From: Mytilus californianus
Lineage: Eukaryota
Direction: 5' to 3'
NCBI RefSeq assembly: GCF_021869535.1
Contig: NW_026262581.1
Span: forward strand, 115,382,001 to 115,446,000
Length of the DNA: 64,000 nucleotides
A program made the translations under genes and the position numbers. Shown here piece after piece: positions 1 through 12,086 of this stretch; positions within the stretch are counted from its first letter, which is position 1; every line of letters begins with the position of its first letter. The notes beneath the pieces were generated by a model that searched no databases, was not told the DNA's origin, and worked only from the letters and a program-made list of their open reading frames with translations.

Positions 1-2019
1 CTACTTGTATAAACCAAATGAAAGTGAACACAAAAAAGCGCTTCAGAAGCCACACATTTGTGAAGTATTATTTTCAGTAGTAATATTGAATTATTTCTGC
101 TCGCAGGCATGTGGGTTTTTATGAGTAATTGTTTCAATAAAAGAGTACCTTTAACTGATCTTAAGTTGCCCTTAGTAAGATTTCTTGAATATGAAATATG
201 GTCGTCGTCTTAAATACACTCATCATAGATAAATTTATGCTACAGTCTAACCTGACACTTCACTGTCATAAAATGCATTATATAAATTTAAAAAAATATA
301 TTCTATTCTATAAATCTAAAATAGAAATATATATGACTAGTGACGACAAACACATCTTTTTGGTGGATAGAAAGGTGATTTAAAATTTTACGAATCGCGA
401 ATCGTAATAGTCAATATCAATATAATTTTATAAAAATAAGCACGAACAGTTAAGGGGCAACTAATAGTCGGAAAGACAGACAAAACCATTGCAAAAAACA
501 AAACATACCCAAAACAAACAAAACAAGAAAAATGAAAAAAAACAAAAGTAAACGTTTAATAGGGAATGCTTGGGAACATTGAAATATACTTTGTTATTGT
601 AGATTTACATTTCGTTTTAGTACGGCTAACTTAAATATTTCAATTTTTTTATTCTCGTATAACTATTTATGGGAGAAAATAATGTAAATTCTAAAAAGCA
701 AATGGTAAAAGCCATGAAAGTTTAAAGTAATAACAAATAAAACACAGTTTTTAAATTATCCAGTGCCTATTTCAAATGAGAACTTCAAATACTTACTTGC
801 TAACATTTGTGTGCTATTCTTGGAAATAAGTCATCTATCGCATCATAAAATCATGACAGATTCTGTATTGATATGTCTATGTTACGTGTAGTTAATCAAA
901 TAAAATGGATTTCCTGGGATGAAGTCTGTTGTAACTCTAATTGTTACAACTGCTTTAGTCACTGGTGTGTCCAATGTTATGTAATTTTCTGGAAAATACT
1001 GATCAGATACCATAGAATTTCTACCAACACAAAGACATTTCAGATAGGAAATAGAAAAAAGCATAATGTCGTTTAATTATAATATGTTTGGTATAACTCA
1101 ATTCTAATCTTTCATCTATTTTTTGTTTTGTTTTAATGGTTATTTCAACGGCCAGTTAAACTGCGTTGATTGTTCTGGTTAGAAACTTCTTCTTTTTATG
1201 CCTCTATTGTTTTATGTCTTTGAAATAGTTTGCTTCTCACACTTCGTGCTTAATTTACCATAAAGATGTGTCGTGCACACCAAGGTAGTTTTAGTTTGAT
1301 GCTGTACAAAGTTTTGTTATTTACATGTAATAGGTTTATTTTCGCTGAACTACTATACATTATTGTTTAGGGCCAACTAAAGCCCGCCTCCGGTTGCGGG
1401 ATTTTCTCGATGTGTTGAAGACCCATTGATGGCCTTGGGCTGTTTTCTGCTATTTGGTAGGTTTGTTGTCTCTTTTACACATTCCCCGTTTCCATTTTCC
1501 ATGTTATTATGTTTTTACAATCCCAGTAATGCAATAAATCAATCATTTTTGTGTAACAGCATTAGGTTTCTCTTTGTTATTTGGTTAAGGATGTCCGTCT
1601 TTTGTATTGTTGGATAGAAAAAGTATAGGTTCCCAACTCCCTCTATACTTTTTTTGCATTCAATAAAAAAACATAGAAACAAAACCGCTGTCAGCTCTCC
1701 ACTAGAATATTATAAACAGCTTCTGTCGGGGCCTTTTATATCTTACCTTACATTACGGGTTTTTCTCATTGCTGAAGGCCGTGCGGTGACAAATAGTTGC
1801 TTATATCTACATCATTTGGTGAATAGTTGCTTCATTAGCAACCATACCACATATTCTCATTTTTATCTTATTCTCAACTATACTTCGATCAAATCAATGA
1901 AATAATTATGCCGTTGTACATTTTGTATGCGTTTTGATAATCAGTCTAGTAGTATTATTTCAATTTTTCAGAATATAAAGGCTTTTCTATGTTGTGATGT
2001 TACACTATTGTTTCAGGTT

Positions 2020-2345
2020 AGGGTGAAGGTTGGCGCCTATTAAAACGTTTAAACCCGCTGCATTTGTTTGCACCTGTCAGGAACCCTGATGTTCAGTGGT
2101 TGTCGTTTGTTGATGTGGTTTATAAGTGTTTCTCGTTTCTCGTTTTTTATATAGATTAGACCGTTGGTTTTCCTGTTTGAATGGTTTTACACTAGTCATG
2201 TTGGGGCCCTTTATAGATTGCTGTTCGGTGTGAGCCAAGGCTCCGTGTTGAAGGCCGTACTTTGACCTATAATGGTTTACTTTTACAAATTGTGACTTGG
2301 ATGGAGAGTTGTCTCATTGGCACTCATACCACATCTTCTTATATC
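2020..2345 (-). mobile_element. Family A-related repeat copy
   Basis: Ends ...GTTGTCTCATTGGCACTCATACCACATCTTCTTAT, the reverse complement of the family A head. Confidence 0.8.
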
Positions 2346-3750
2346 TATTTTGACATGCAAGATGGATTACCACATCTCTCATATAACTTGCAAACTTCCT
2401 AATTTTATTTAACAAAAACGTATTTCAACTAATAATTTACATGCATGTTCAGGGCTAGAACAAATTAACAATAAGTACAATAGGTAGGTACTGCGAGGTA
2501 GGAGTTCGCGAGAAATTTTTACTGCCACTGGAAATGAGAATGTATTGGATAAGGACAAAATGTTTTGCCTAGCAAAAGGTCGCAAACAGACACATTAGGG
2601 AGTTGTTGCAAGGATTCCACACCACGGCATCGAATTTAGCGTCTCCATTCTGACCGGACGTCGCTGCGTATTTATGCATTCCGCAAAGCCAAACGGACGC
2701 CATACCTTATCAAGGGTTTTACTGTCGACACGGAAGTTCTATACCCCAGTAATACACGTGGGGTTATAGTACATAACAAAAGCAAAGAGATCAAAAAGTA
2801 TATCGGGGTGGGGAGGGGGACTTGAGGTAGGCAAGTACTTATTATAGATGGAAAATAACGATTATGTAAAAAAAAAGTACAAGAAAGAAATCAAACTTGT
2901 ATTTTACAACCTATTTTTCAAATACTTAGTTTAATATATTTTAAAGATTAGAAAGAAAAATGAAACACTAGAGTGAGAGCAAACTGATTTAACTAATTTA
3001 AATGAGAACTTAAGTGTTTGATTTAATACAAGTTGTTGAAAGATAAATACTGTTTGTGAAGTTTAAAGCTGAGAAAATTTTCAATAGAAACAGGAAACAC
3101 TTCTGCAAATTGTTACAGCATGTTTATAATATAGTAAATATACACATGAAAAGGAAATGATAGAATTAAAATAAACCATTACAAAATGTTAAGATTGTAA
3201 ACCTATGCAAAGCTGCTCATCTATCATCATGTTCGAGTACAACAATATACAATGCATATATCTCCTCCGTTCAACTTAACAAAGTAAAATCATTAATTTA
3301 TACGAAGAATGCGGTGAAGAGGTTAACTAATTCGAATTTTTTGTTACTGTTGCATGTGCCGCTGAATGGTAAATAAGACTAACTCAAATTTGTGTATACA
3401 AAACCTTTAATAAGAGAAATCTTTGCACGCATGCATTTATTCTAAGGCAGATTTATGACGATTTTTTGCCCTTTTTATATGTATTACCATTTTTACGATA
3501 AAATGTCAAAATTCATGACCAAAGTTTTAATATTTCTCCTTATAATTCCGCATCAATAGCGTACACCGTATATTCATGTCATCTTGGATGCCTGAGTACG
3601 TTTTAAATGATAGTTGATTGGCAATCGGGACATAGAGTTGGCTAATATTCCCTCACATATTGTTGAGTGGCGTTTTAACGCCGTTGACTTTTATTCTTAA
3701 AACATTTATATTTGTATTTGTCGTTACACCTCAATAAATCTTCAAATTTG

Positions 3751-4540
3751 TCCAATATAGAACAGGAGATGTGGTAGGATTGCCAATATAGATCAGGAGA
3801 TGTGGTACGATTATCAATATAGATCAGGAGATGTGGTACGATGTGACAACTATCCAAAACGAGTCCAACTATAGAAAGCCCAGACATAATAAAGTGAAAA
3901 AATTTGAAAAAAAAAAAAACAATGGCCTGATGAATGACAAAACAACAAACGAAAAACAAATATGTCAGACAGCAACCAACGACAACCACTGACTCCCGAC
4001 TTGGGACAGGCAAATAAAGAATGTGGCGGAGTTAAACACATTTGTGAGCGCCCAATCCGCCTCTAAGCTGGGACAGTTGTGTAACAGCACAAAATAAGAT
4101 TAAAATGTAAAAATCAGTTGAAAATGTCTTGACTCGTCAGATCGGCACAAAGCATAAACAAAACAAACAAACTTAAAGAAAAAGACACAACGTGCAGATC
4201 TAAGAGTACTCACAGCTACTGAAAGCTAGCTAGCAATTGTAAAGACCTCATAAACAGTCTGAGAAAAGCATGACCTTGTGCAATGCCAAAACATAAGTTC
4301 TAATATCCACATAATGTAGGATCATAATGTTCATAAATGTATGGTGGCCTTAGGCTGTTTTCTGCTCTTTGGTAGGGTTGTTGTCTCTTTGACACATTCC
4401 CCGTTTCCATTCTCTATTCTATAAGTTATGTTTTAATCTACCAAAAACAAAATCAATAATAGTACCGATAAAAACAATATTAAAAAATCTTACTACGGTG
4501 TTGAACTACTATTCTTTAAGGATAAGTTATTCAAAAGATC
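3751..4540 (+). mobile_element. Family A repeat copy with a 3 x ~31-bp tandem head (CAGGAGATGTGGTA.GATT..CAATATAGAT)
   Basis: Homologous to 47640-48480; the head is tandemly triplicated at 3755-3845. Confidence 0.8.
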
Positions 4541-5030
4541 AATGAGTTTAAATGGATCATATCTAAATTAAAACACTCTATAAACATCATTAACGTAAAA
4601 ATAGGATGTGATATCTCGCTGTTGATAAGAATTCTACGGATACGGCCAAACTTCGAAATAAAATATTTTAATCTTTGAAAGAATTTAGTAAAGGTTTTAA
4701 GTAATTTATGGTAACGAAACCCCTGATTTCAGAATTTACCAGTTAGAGAATTGAAAATGGAACCTGGAATATATATATTACGTTCATTGAAATCTAAAAA
4801 CGTCGCTATAGACACGAGCAAAACGGACGAGTTGGGAAATAAATACATCCAAAGAAGGGACCAAAGGAAAATCATCGTCCTAAAAGGGGAAATTAACAAT
4901 AGGGAACGAAAAAGCGTCTCTTCTGTCGTATTTTTAGCTGTTTTGATGTTCCCGTTACAAATTACAAATGTTAAACGAGAAGCGTCGATTGAACAAGACA
5001 CGAAACTTGCAATATGTTATATTTGTTAAG
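4490..5030 (-). mobile_element. Penelope-like element RT C-terminal fragment
   Basis: The minus strand gives YDRRDAFSFPIVNFPF*...VFISQLVRFARV...QGFRYHKLLKTFTKFF...ISHPIF, with stops and frameshifts. Confidence 0.8.
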
Positions 5031-8000
5031 CTACTCATTTGTTTCATAAATAGTAAAAACAAGTATACTATATCGCCGTCTCAACTCTTATATACACTTT
5101 CCTTTTCAGCAATAGGTGATACAATTATTATTCCTTGGATTTTTCTATAATGCTGACTAGTAGATTATAGCTGTCGTACCTTGAAGTATGATATATTAGA
5201 TTTTCCAAAAAATATAAGCGAATTAAAGGAGGAAAGAAAGTAGTGACATTTTGTCTTCAGAATCAATCTCGTTAAAATTAGAAGATTCAAACAAGACCTA
5301 TATTATATATCATCACGAATAAAGTCTGATAGGATTAGTTTATCTAGAGTTAACAGACAACAGGCATGAAATCCAAGATATCATTAAAATGGACCAGCTT
5401 ATTTTTATATCAGTTTTCTCCTTATCTTTACAATCAATCTTATTTTTATCATAGAAATAGCTACTTGTTTTAATGGTTGTTCAAGAGGTTATACACGACT
5501 TAGGACTGACAAGGTTTTACACAAACACGGAGTAAAAAGTTGGCACAGACACTCCCCGAACAGCACACTGGTGTGGAAAAGAAGTAAAACATTTGATTAT
5601 TTTAAAGCTTGTGTTCATTACAAAATAAATATGTAGAGGACAATGATAATACTAATTTTTATGTAGTATAAATGGGCAAAGAAGTTTCTAAGGAGTGAAA
5701 CAACGGCTTCAAGCACAAGCTTAAGTTGTCATATCGAAACCATTTCGCGAAAGCAAAATGTGTTAAAACAATTTTGTGTTGCTTTAAACAAAAACTCCCT
5801 GTCACATCTAAAAATTTTTGATATAGTAATCAACGTCGAACAAATCAATACAAGTACATTAGAATAAATCCTTGGTATTTTTGATGTCTCAACAAAGTCT
5901 TGGTCCAATATCAAATATGTTACATTAAATCAATGAAGTGAATTTTTAATCAACAGATTATCGAAAAGTATTTGAATCAAAAAGCAAGAAATGAATTACA
6001 CGATAAACAATTTTTTCAAGATTCATAACTGCTCTTCGGTATTGGTACACTTATCTATCTTATACAAATTACCAAAATTCAGACTTTTCATCCATATAAC
6101 CTTGACTCTAAAATTAAAAATTTTCTGTTCTTGTTAACTTATATTGTTGGGTTGTTGTTTCATTGACGTTAATCTATCTCTTATTTTCTTTCATTCAAAT
6201 AAAATTATCTGATCCAGATATAGAAAGTTTGTCTATATAAAGACCGCTTTCGGTGCAGTTGAGGAGATATAAACCAAAACGCTGAATTTCGTAAAAATCA
6301 CCAAAAATTATATCTATTTACAAGTATTGTTCAAAGTCTGTTGAGATAGGAGGTTGTGTCTAGTGATGTCGTAGCTTTCCTATCAAAAGAACTACATTAA
6401 TAGTTCTAACTGCAGATGCTACAATTTATATGGCTCAACGACCATTGTCACTTCGTAATACAGTAAGTTGATTCAACTTATTCAACCTATCTGATGTAAT
6501 CTTCACATTATGTAAAACAAAAGCTAATTGCATTAGATCGACTTACTCTCCAATGATGAAAGAAATACTTTAAATCACTTTGTAACATTTACAGTTTTTT
6601 TTTCTGATGACACGCTCTTCATTTAGTTATCTAGGAAATAAATAATGGTTGAATGTATACGAGTCAACGATTTCATTAAATACTAGGCAATCAGACTTGC
6701 ACGAATCTCTTGACGATAATTTTGTGGAAGAAATTAAGAAAATTAATATGGCTTTTATCATATTTATTACATTCATTTTGTTAGGTTAACAAATGGATTT
6801 AAAACATGTTATTTACTATTTACAGATATAAGGTATTAAAATACATTCGTTTTAAGGAAATATCGGATTTCAGAGAGCAGTTATTCCTATTTATATAAAA
6901 CAAAATTTCGAATACAAATTCACAAGTTTAATCCTTTTTCTCCTTAGTCTTGTGACATCAACAAATACTATTCTTTAATAAAAAAATTTAAAAAAAAAGT
7001 AACTGATGACGACCACATAAGAGCGAAACAGAATTAATGTCCGAAGAGATCATACCCATTATTTACCTATTGCCTATAAATCAAATAGTAGCAATTCAAT
7101 TTACGGAATCCTCAATACTTCTTATTATATATATATTATAATTGATTGATATGCTCGTTTCCAAAAGGATATATTGAATTAATGTCGGATATTAAAATGA
7201 CTGTAACATGCGAACTTTGCATTAATATTCACCATCATAAATGTAACATAGAATAGAACAGATTATATTATGTAACCATATGATTTGTCCTTGGCACATG
7301 TTGTTAAATAAACATGTCGCTGGCATGGTTGTATTTCACACAATCCGCATGAATAAATGCAAAAATAGGCATATTACATTATTTAATTATTGTTTTGCAA
7401 TTTTAGATTCTCTACAAGTTTTATGATTTCAGATAGTCATCTTTCAGACATTCAACCTTTAAGACATCGCCACACTTACACAAATTAGAGTTAAGAGTCG
7501 AAACACAAATAAAGGGAGCCATAGAGTCATTTTACAATATTTACAAAAGTAAGACATGAAACTAAGCAAAACTGTTTAATAGGAAAAAGTATAAACATTA
7601 GCCGCACAACCGTAGATTGACCTAGCCTTAGAATAACATTGCCATAGCAAAATAGAAAAGGCAAGCTACATCTATTTAGGCTATCATAATAAACAAAGAA
7701 ATTTGTGATCGCCAGTAAATCAAAATAGTTGTTAAGTGGCCTATCATTTTTCTCTATAGATAAGCTCCATGGATTTGCAATAACATGATATGAACATAAC
7801 ATTAATGTGTTTCCTGAATAATACCCTGACATTTACTTATTAACTGTTAGTCTGTCTTCTTCATATCATCAAAAGTCATAAGTTTAATAATCGAATATTA
7901 CTAGTTTTATAACAAAAACCACATGCGTTTGTCCTGAACAATGTTGGTCGAAGAAATCATTTTCCGTCTATTCAGAATTTGGTGTTGATGTCATAATTTG

Positions 8001-9529
8001 GTAAACCGTTGTCTCTATTCACAATTTGTTTAGAATATGAGCATGGTGACGCTTCAACAACATTGCATACTTTATGTCTTCTTTGGTGACTTAGTGTGGT
8101 TGGGTTGCTGACTTTACCTAATATCTCCCTTTAATCATACATTTACAGCATGTAACATATTCCATATCTATATGATTTAGATAAAAATAATTCAAGAATA
8201 AGCTTTAAGAATGTATCAAGTATTAATAAAAAAAACTTTTTCGCTTTGACTAGGACTAGCGCCATGTCAACAGTTTTGATTTCAAATCGTTCATAATTTT
8301 AGAAAAAGTTAAGGCTAACCATAATTCATCATTGCTGATATATTTCATAACGTCTCAGAAACACTTCGTTTTTGTTTGATTTACATGGATTATTCAAAAT
8401 GATTTCCTCTTTGAGACGTGAAATATCTTTCTCTGGTGCTAAGATAAGTTGTCCAACAGAATGCAATGAAGACATTTTCGGTCGAATGTTTTTCACTGAA
8501 AATTTGTAAAATTCTCGGTGACTTAAACACTTATTCGATTACTTGTTCCCTAGTTGTCTCGTCTGAAATGATGATCACTCCTCCTCTTTCACTATAGATA
8601 GAGTACGAACAATACTTTTCATAAGCAAATCCGATCCGTTATTGGTAAAATCGGCTAACGTGACCAAGTCTAAAGTACACTCTACAGTGTGTTTGTTCAG
8701 TCTTCATCAAAAACAGTTCATTGCTAAAGATAGTTGAGTATACAGACAAACCTGATTTCTAGCGTTCAGTCAAGTACGTTCTATTAATTATTTATCTCCA
8801 CGATTATGCAACTTGTATTCACATAACTGCAGAAACGAAAGCTTTTGTCCATCAACCCACCAATTTCAGTAATTTTATTTCTTTACAAAATGGCGTCAAA
8901 CGTCAAGATTCAATAATTGCTTGTACACACTAATTTAATGTAACAGGTTCTTTTGGGACTATAGAGTTTCTGATTTTTTTCCCAAATGATAATGTATGGA
9001 CCAAATCTATTTTAAATATGCTGAAATTTTTCAACTAAGTCTCTGAGGAAAAATCATAAAACACATAATCCGATATTCCAAGAGACACTTCTTACTAAAT
9101 AGCTGAAATGTCAAACTAAGAGATTCTTACATAAGTAAGATAACTGTATAATCTATGTAAATTCCTACATATCATTGTATCCATAATATGAAAAATATTT
9201 TATATAGGATGTCATGTGTTTTAAATAGATGATAAACGTTTTTATGGTATGACAGCCTTAGTAGAACATTCTTATAGGGACGATAAGCTGGATAAATATA
9301 AGAACTACACGGATAATAACAGTAAGGGGATGACTATTTGATAGTCTGGGGAGGGGGAGGGACAGGAGGATATTTTGCGGATTTATTATTCATTTTAATC
9401 TGTCGCTAATCATGCCTTTTTTTAGCTCTTACCTGGTCACATTTTTCATATTTACAATCCTCTTGTCTCCCACCCCACCTTCCCAAAAAAATATCAAATG
9501 GTTTTCCCCTTATTTAACACAAGTTTAAA

Positions 9530-9600
9530 TTGATTGATTGTTGGTTGCTTATTTTTAACGTCCAGTGACAAAAATTTCATGCATGTTCAGGAAAAGAACA
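9530..9600 (-). mobile_element. SINE-like 3' end with (AATC)n tail (related fragments near 22550 and 34597)
   Basis: The minus strand reads CCTGAACATGCATGAAATTTTTGTCACTGGACGTTAAA...CAACAATCAATCAA. Confidence 0.5.
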
Positions 9601-9619
9601 GTTTGAAAGTCATGTATAT

Positions 9620-10250
9620 ATTATGAAAATAAAGAGATGTAGTATGCTTGCCAATGAGGTAACTATCCACCCAAGTTCAAATAAGCAATTATAGGCAATC
9701 GTACGGCCTCCAACAATGACAAAAACCCATACCGTATAGTCGGCTATAAAAGACCCCGACATGAAAAATGTAAACCAATTCAAACAAGAAAACGAACGGG
9801 CTAATTCTATATTACAAAACAATTTACAAAAAATCAAATATGAGTTGACAGACAACCACTGAACTGCAGGTTCCTGACTTGGGACAGGCACATAAATAAT
9901 ATGGCAGGGTTAAACATGTTTGTGATCGCTCAACTCTCCTCTAAACTGGGACAGTGGTGTAACAGTACCACATAAGAACAAACTGTAAAAATCTGTTGCA
10001 ATTAAATTAACTCAAAAGATCGGTACGAGACACAAAAAACAACTAAACTAACATTAAGACAATAGACAGAAAGCACAGAAATAAGAGTATTTGCAGTCAC
10101 TGAAAGTTTGTTCAAAGCTAATTACAACACTGAAATAAATCTTGTTCTCCCAGACTAAAGTATCAATCAGTACAAAACCAACGGATTTAGTCATAAACAG
10201 TCTGAGAAACGCCGTGACCTTGTATACCTTATGGTGGTCCGAAGGTTTTT
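9620..10250 (+). mobile_element. Family A repeat copy
   Basis: Homologous to 47640-48330. Confidence 0.82.
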
Positions 10251-10689
10251 ACAATAAAAATTTTGCAATAGAAATAATTGTTAGAATTAACCAGCAGATT
10301 TTCCTCAAGGACCTCCAGGGAAAAAAATTTTGAGAACTCGGTGATATCTTTGCCGTATATACAAAAATAATCCACTTTAATTACTTTTAAAAAAATTGAT
10401 AGACAAGATGTTCTTTTCGATCATATAACAGACAAACATTGACAAATTCTTGTACAGTTTAAGATTATTCCTGAAAATCAAATGGTCGGGGCTTTAAGCC
10501 GGATTTGTTTAGCAAAATTGAGTTAGGAAAGCATAAAGAAAAAATGTCACGTACACAGCGATTTCTTCCAACCAATTTTCTTTGTTTTTATACTTATTGT
10601 AAAATTACATCAATGCCAAAACAGAGCACACCATTACAGTCATGTTTACCGAATCGGAACTGACGTATCTGAATGTTCTAATAAATCAT

Positions 10690-11210
10690 CGTAAATTTCA
10701 TTTATGTCATCCAACATATAAAAAAATGGTATCAGGGCTGACACTTTTAACCTCCTTTCTGGCGACACGGCCATATATGGCTTGGTGGTTATGTTGATGC
10801 CACCTGATTTTGTCCACCGCCTCTTCAATACTCTTGGGTTTAGCATTGGAGGCCAACATTCCCCCCTCCTTGTCTGAGGCCCCCTGGCACAATCTCATGA
10901 CCGCCTGTTGGTACATGTGATCCTCGGGCAGGTGGCGAAAGGCTTTTGTGGCGAGGGATAGGACTCTGTCGGCCCAGTCCTCTAGGGTTTCGTCCCCCCT
11001 TGCCTGGCAATGTTAAATTGAACCTGAGCGGTTTCTGGCAACTCATTGAACCCAAAAAATTCTGCTATATTCGACGGCAAATTGAATTTTTGTTTTATTG
11101 CTTCTTCTACAGAATATCTCCAGAAGAGTTCCAGATTCATTTTTTTGTACTCTTCACTAGAAGACATTCCGCTGGAGATGTACAGAAGAGACCAATAAAA
11201 CACGCCCTAG
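10690..11210 (-). mobile_element. Gypsy-like LTR retrotransposon gag (capsid) fragment
   Basis: Joined across frameshifts it reads EEAIKQKF...FGFNELPETAQVQFNIARQ/GDETLEDWADRVLSLATKAF...QAVMRLCQGASDKEGG...KPKSIEEAVDKIRWHQH. This contains the Q-x3-E-x4-W-x2-R capsid homology-region pattern. The segment is GC-richer than its flanks, and no LTR or pol was seen. Confidence 0.75.
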
Positions 11211-11381
11211 GTGTATATAACAATATTTAAATGGGGAAGTATATCGTGTTTGTATGGTTAAATGTAAATCATAAACAATCTTATATTAACTGTTTAATTT
11301 TATGCAAGCTACATTAAAATACATAACTATATATGTGAGGTATAGAAAAAAACTGTTTTTCTTGCGATAACTTGTGTTTTA

Positions 11382-11435
11382 TTTGAATTTAGTTCGATGT
11401 TTGAATTTAGTTCGATGTTTGAATTTAGTTCGATG
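11382..11435. repeat. 3 x 18-bp perfect tandem repeat (TTTGAATTTAGTTCGATG)
   Basis: Directly visible. Confidence 0.92.
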
Positions 11436-11610
11436 TTATATAATATAATTATTGTTAGTGTCAATATCAATTAAAAAAAAAAATTATAAAAGGATTTAGG
11501 ACATTCATATTACTATAATTCAAGTGTCTCCTTGAAAAGAATATTTTATCTTATTTTCCTGATCTCCTGATTTTTTAAGTGTTTGTTTTTATTTACTTCA
11601 GGCTACCATA

Positions 11611-11636
11611 CCCCCCCCCCCCCCCCCCCCCCCCCC
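11611..11636. repeat. Poly-C tract (26 nt)
   Basis: Directly visible. Poly-G runs also occur near 46941, 61171 and 62093. Confidence 0.9.
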
Positions 11637-12028
11637 ATGCAGCTAGTAAGTAGACTCAAAACAAAAAATTCTACAAGTTATGACCTACCTTACGGGAACA
11701 AAACTTTTTTAAATAAAAGTTGATTAAATTATATTATTTTACTATTTTTCAACAGACCAACTTTTTCTAAAGACAAAGTTTTCTGATCGATACTTCCAGA
11801 TTACAATATATATGATAATAATTTACGCATTGATTTTCCGCCATAATAAACTCGAGTGTTCAAATATTGTAACTCCAAATAAGTATTTATTTTACAATTT
11901 TAAAATCCCATTTTGAAAGACGATAACCGAATGGAAATTTTTGTTAGTGATTGTCGAAGTGTGGAAATAAACGTAGTTCAGATTTGGGTCAGTTATTAAT
12001 ATATTATCAGTCAACAACTATAGTTAAC

Positions 12029-12086
12029 ATGGCGAAAGTTGTTATGTGTTTAGATGGAAGTCAGTTTGCTGAAGATGCATATAACT
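12029..12086 (+). CDS. USP exon 1 (MAKVVMCLDGSQFAEDAYN + T)
   Basis: ATG at 12029; donor GTAAGT at 12087; phase 1. Confidence 0.93.

Noticed and set aside
3675-4041. MPVPS...-type ORFs here and at 9610, 58408 and 50645, and the ORFs at 42234, 51887 and 56486
   Set aside because: They are chance ORFs within non-coding interspersed repeats; the frame is not conserved between copies.
7004-7045. CTGATGA...GAAAC...GTC hammerhead-like string
   Set aside because: Stem II does not close (C opposite C), and the stem I arms do not pair.
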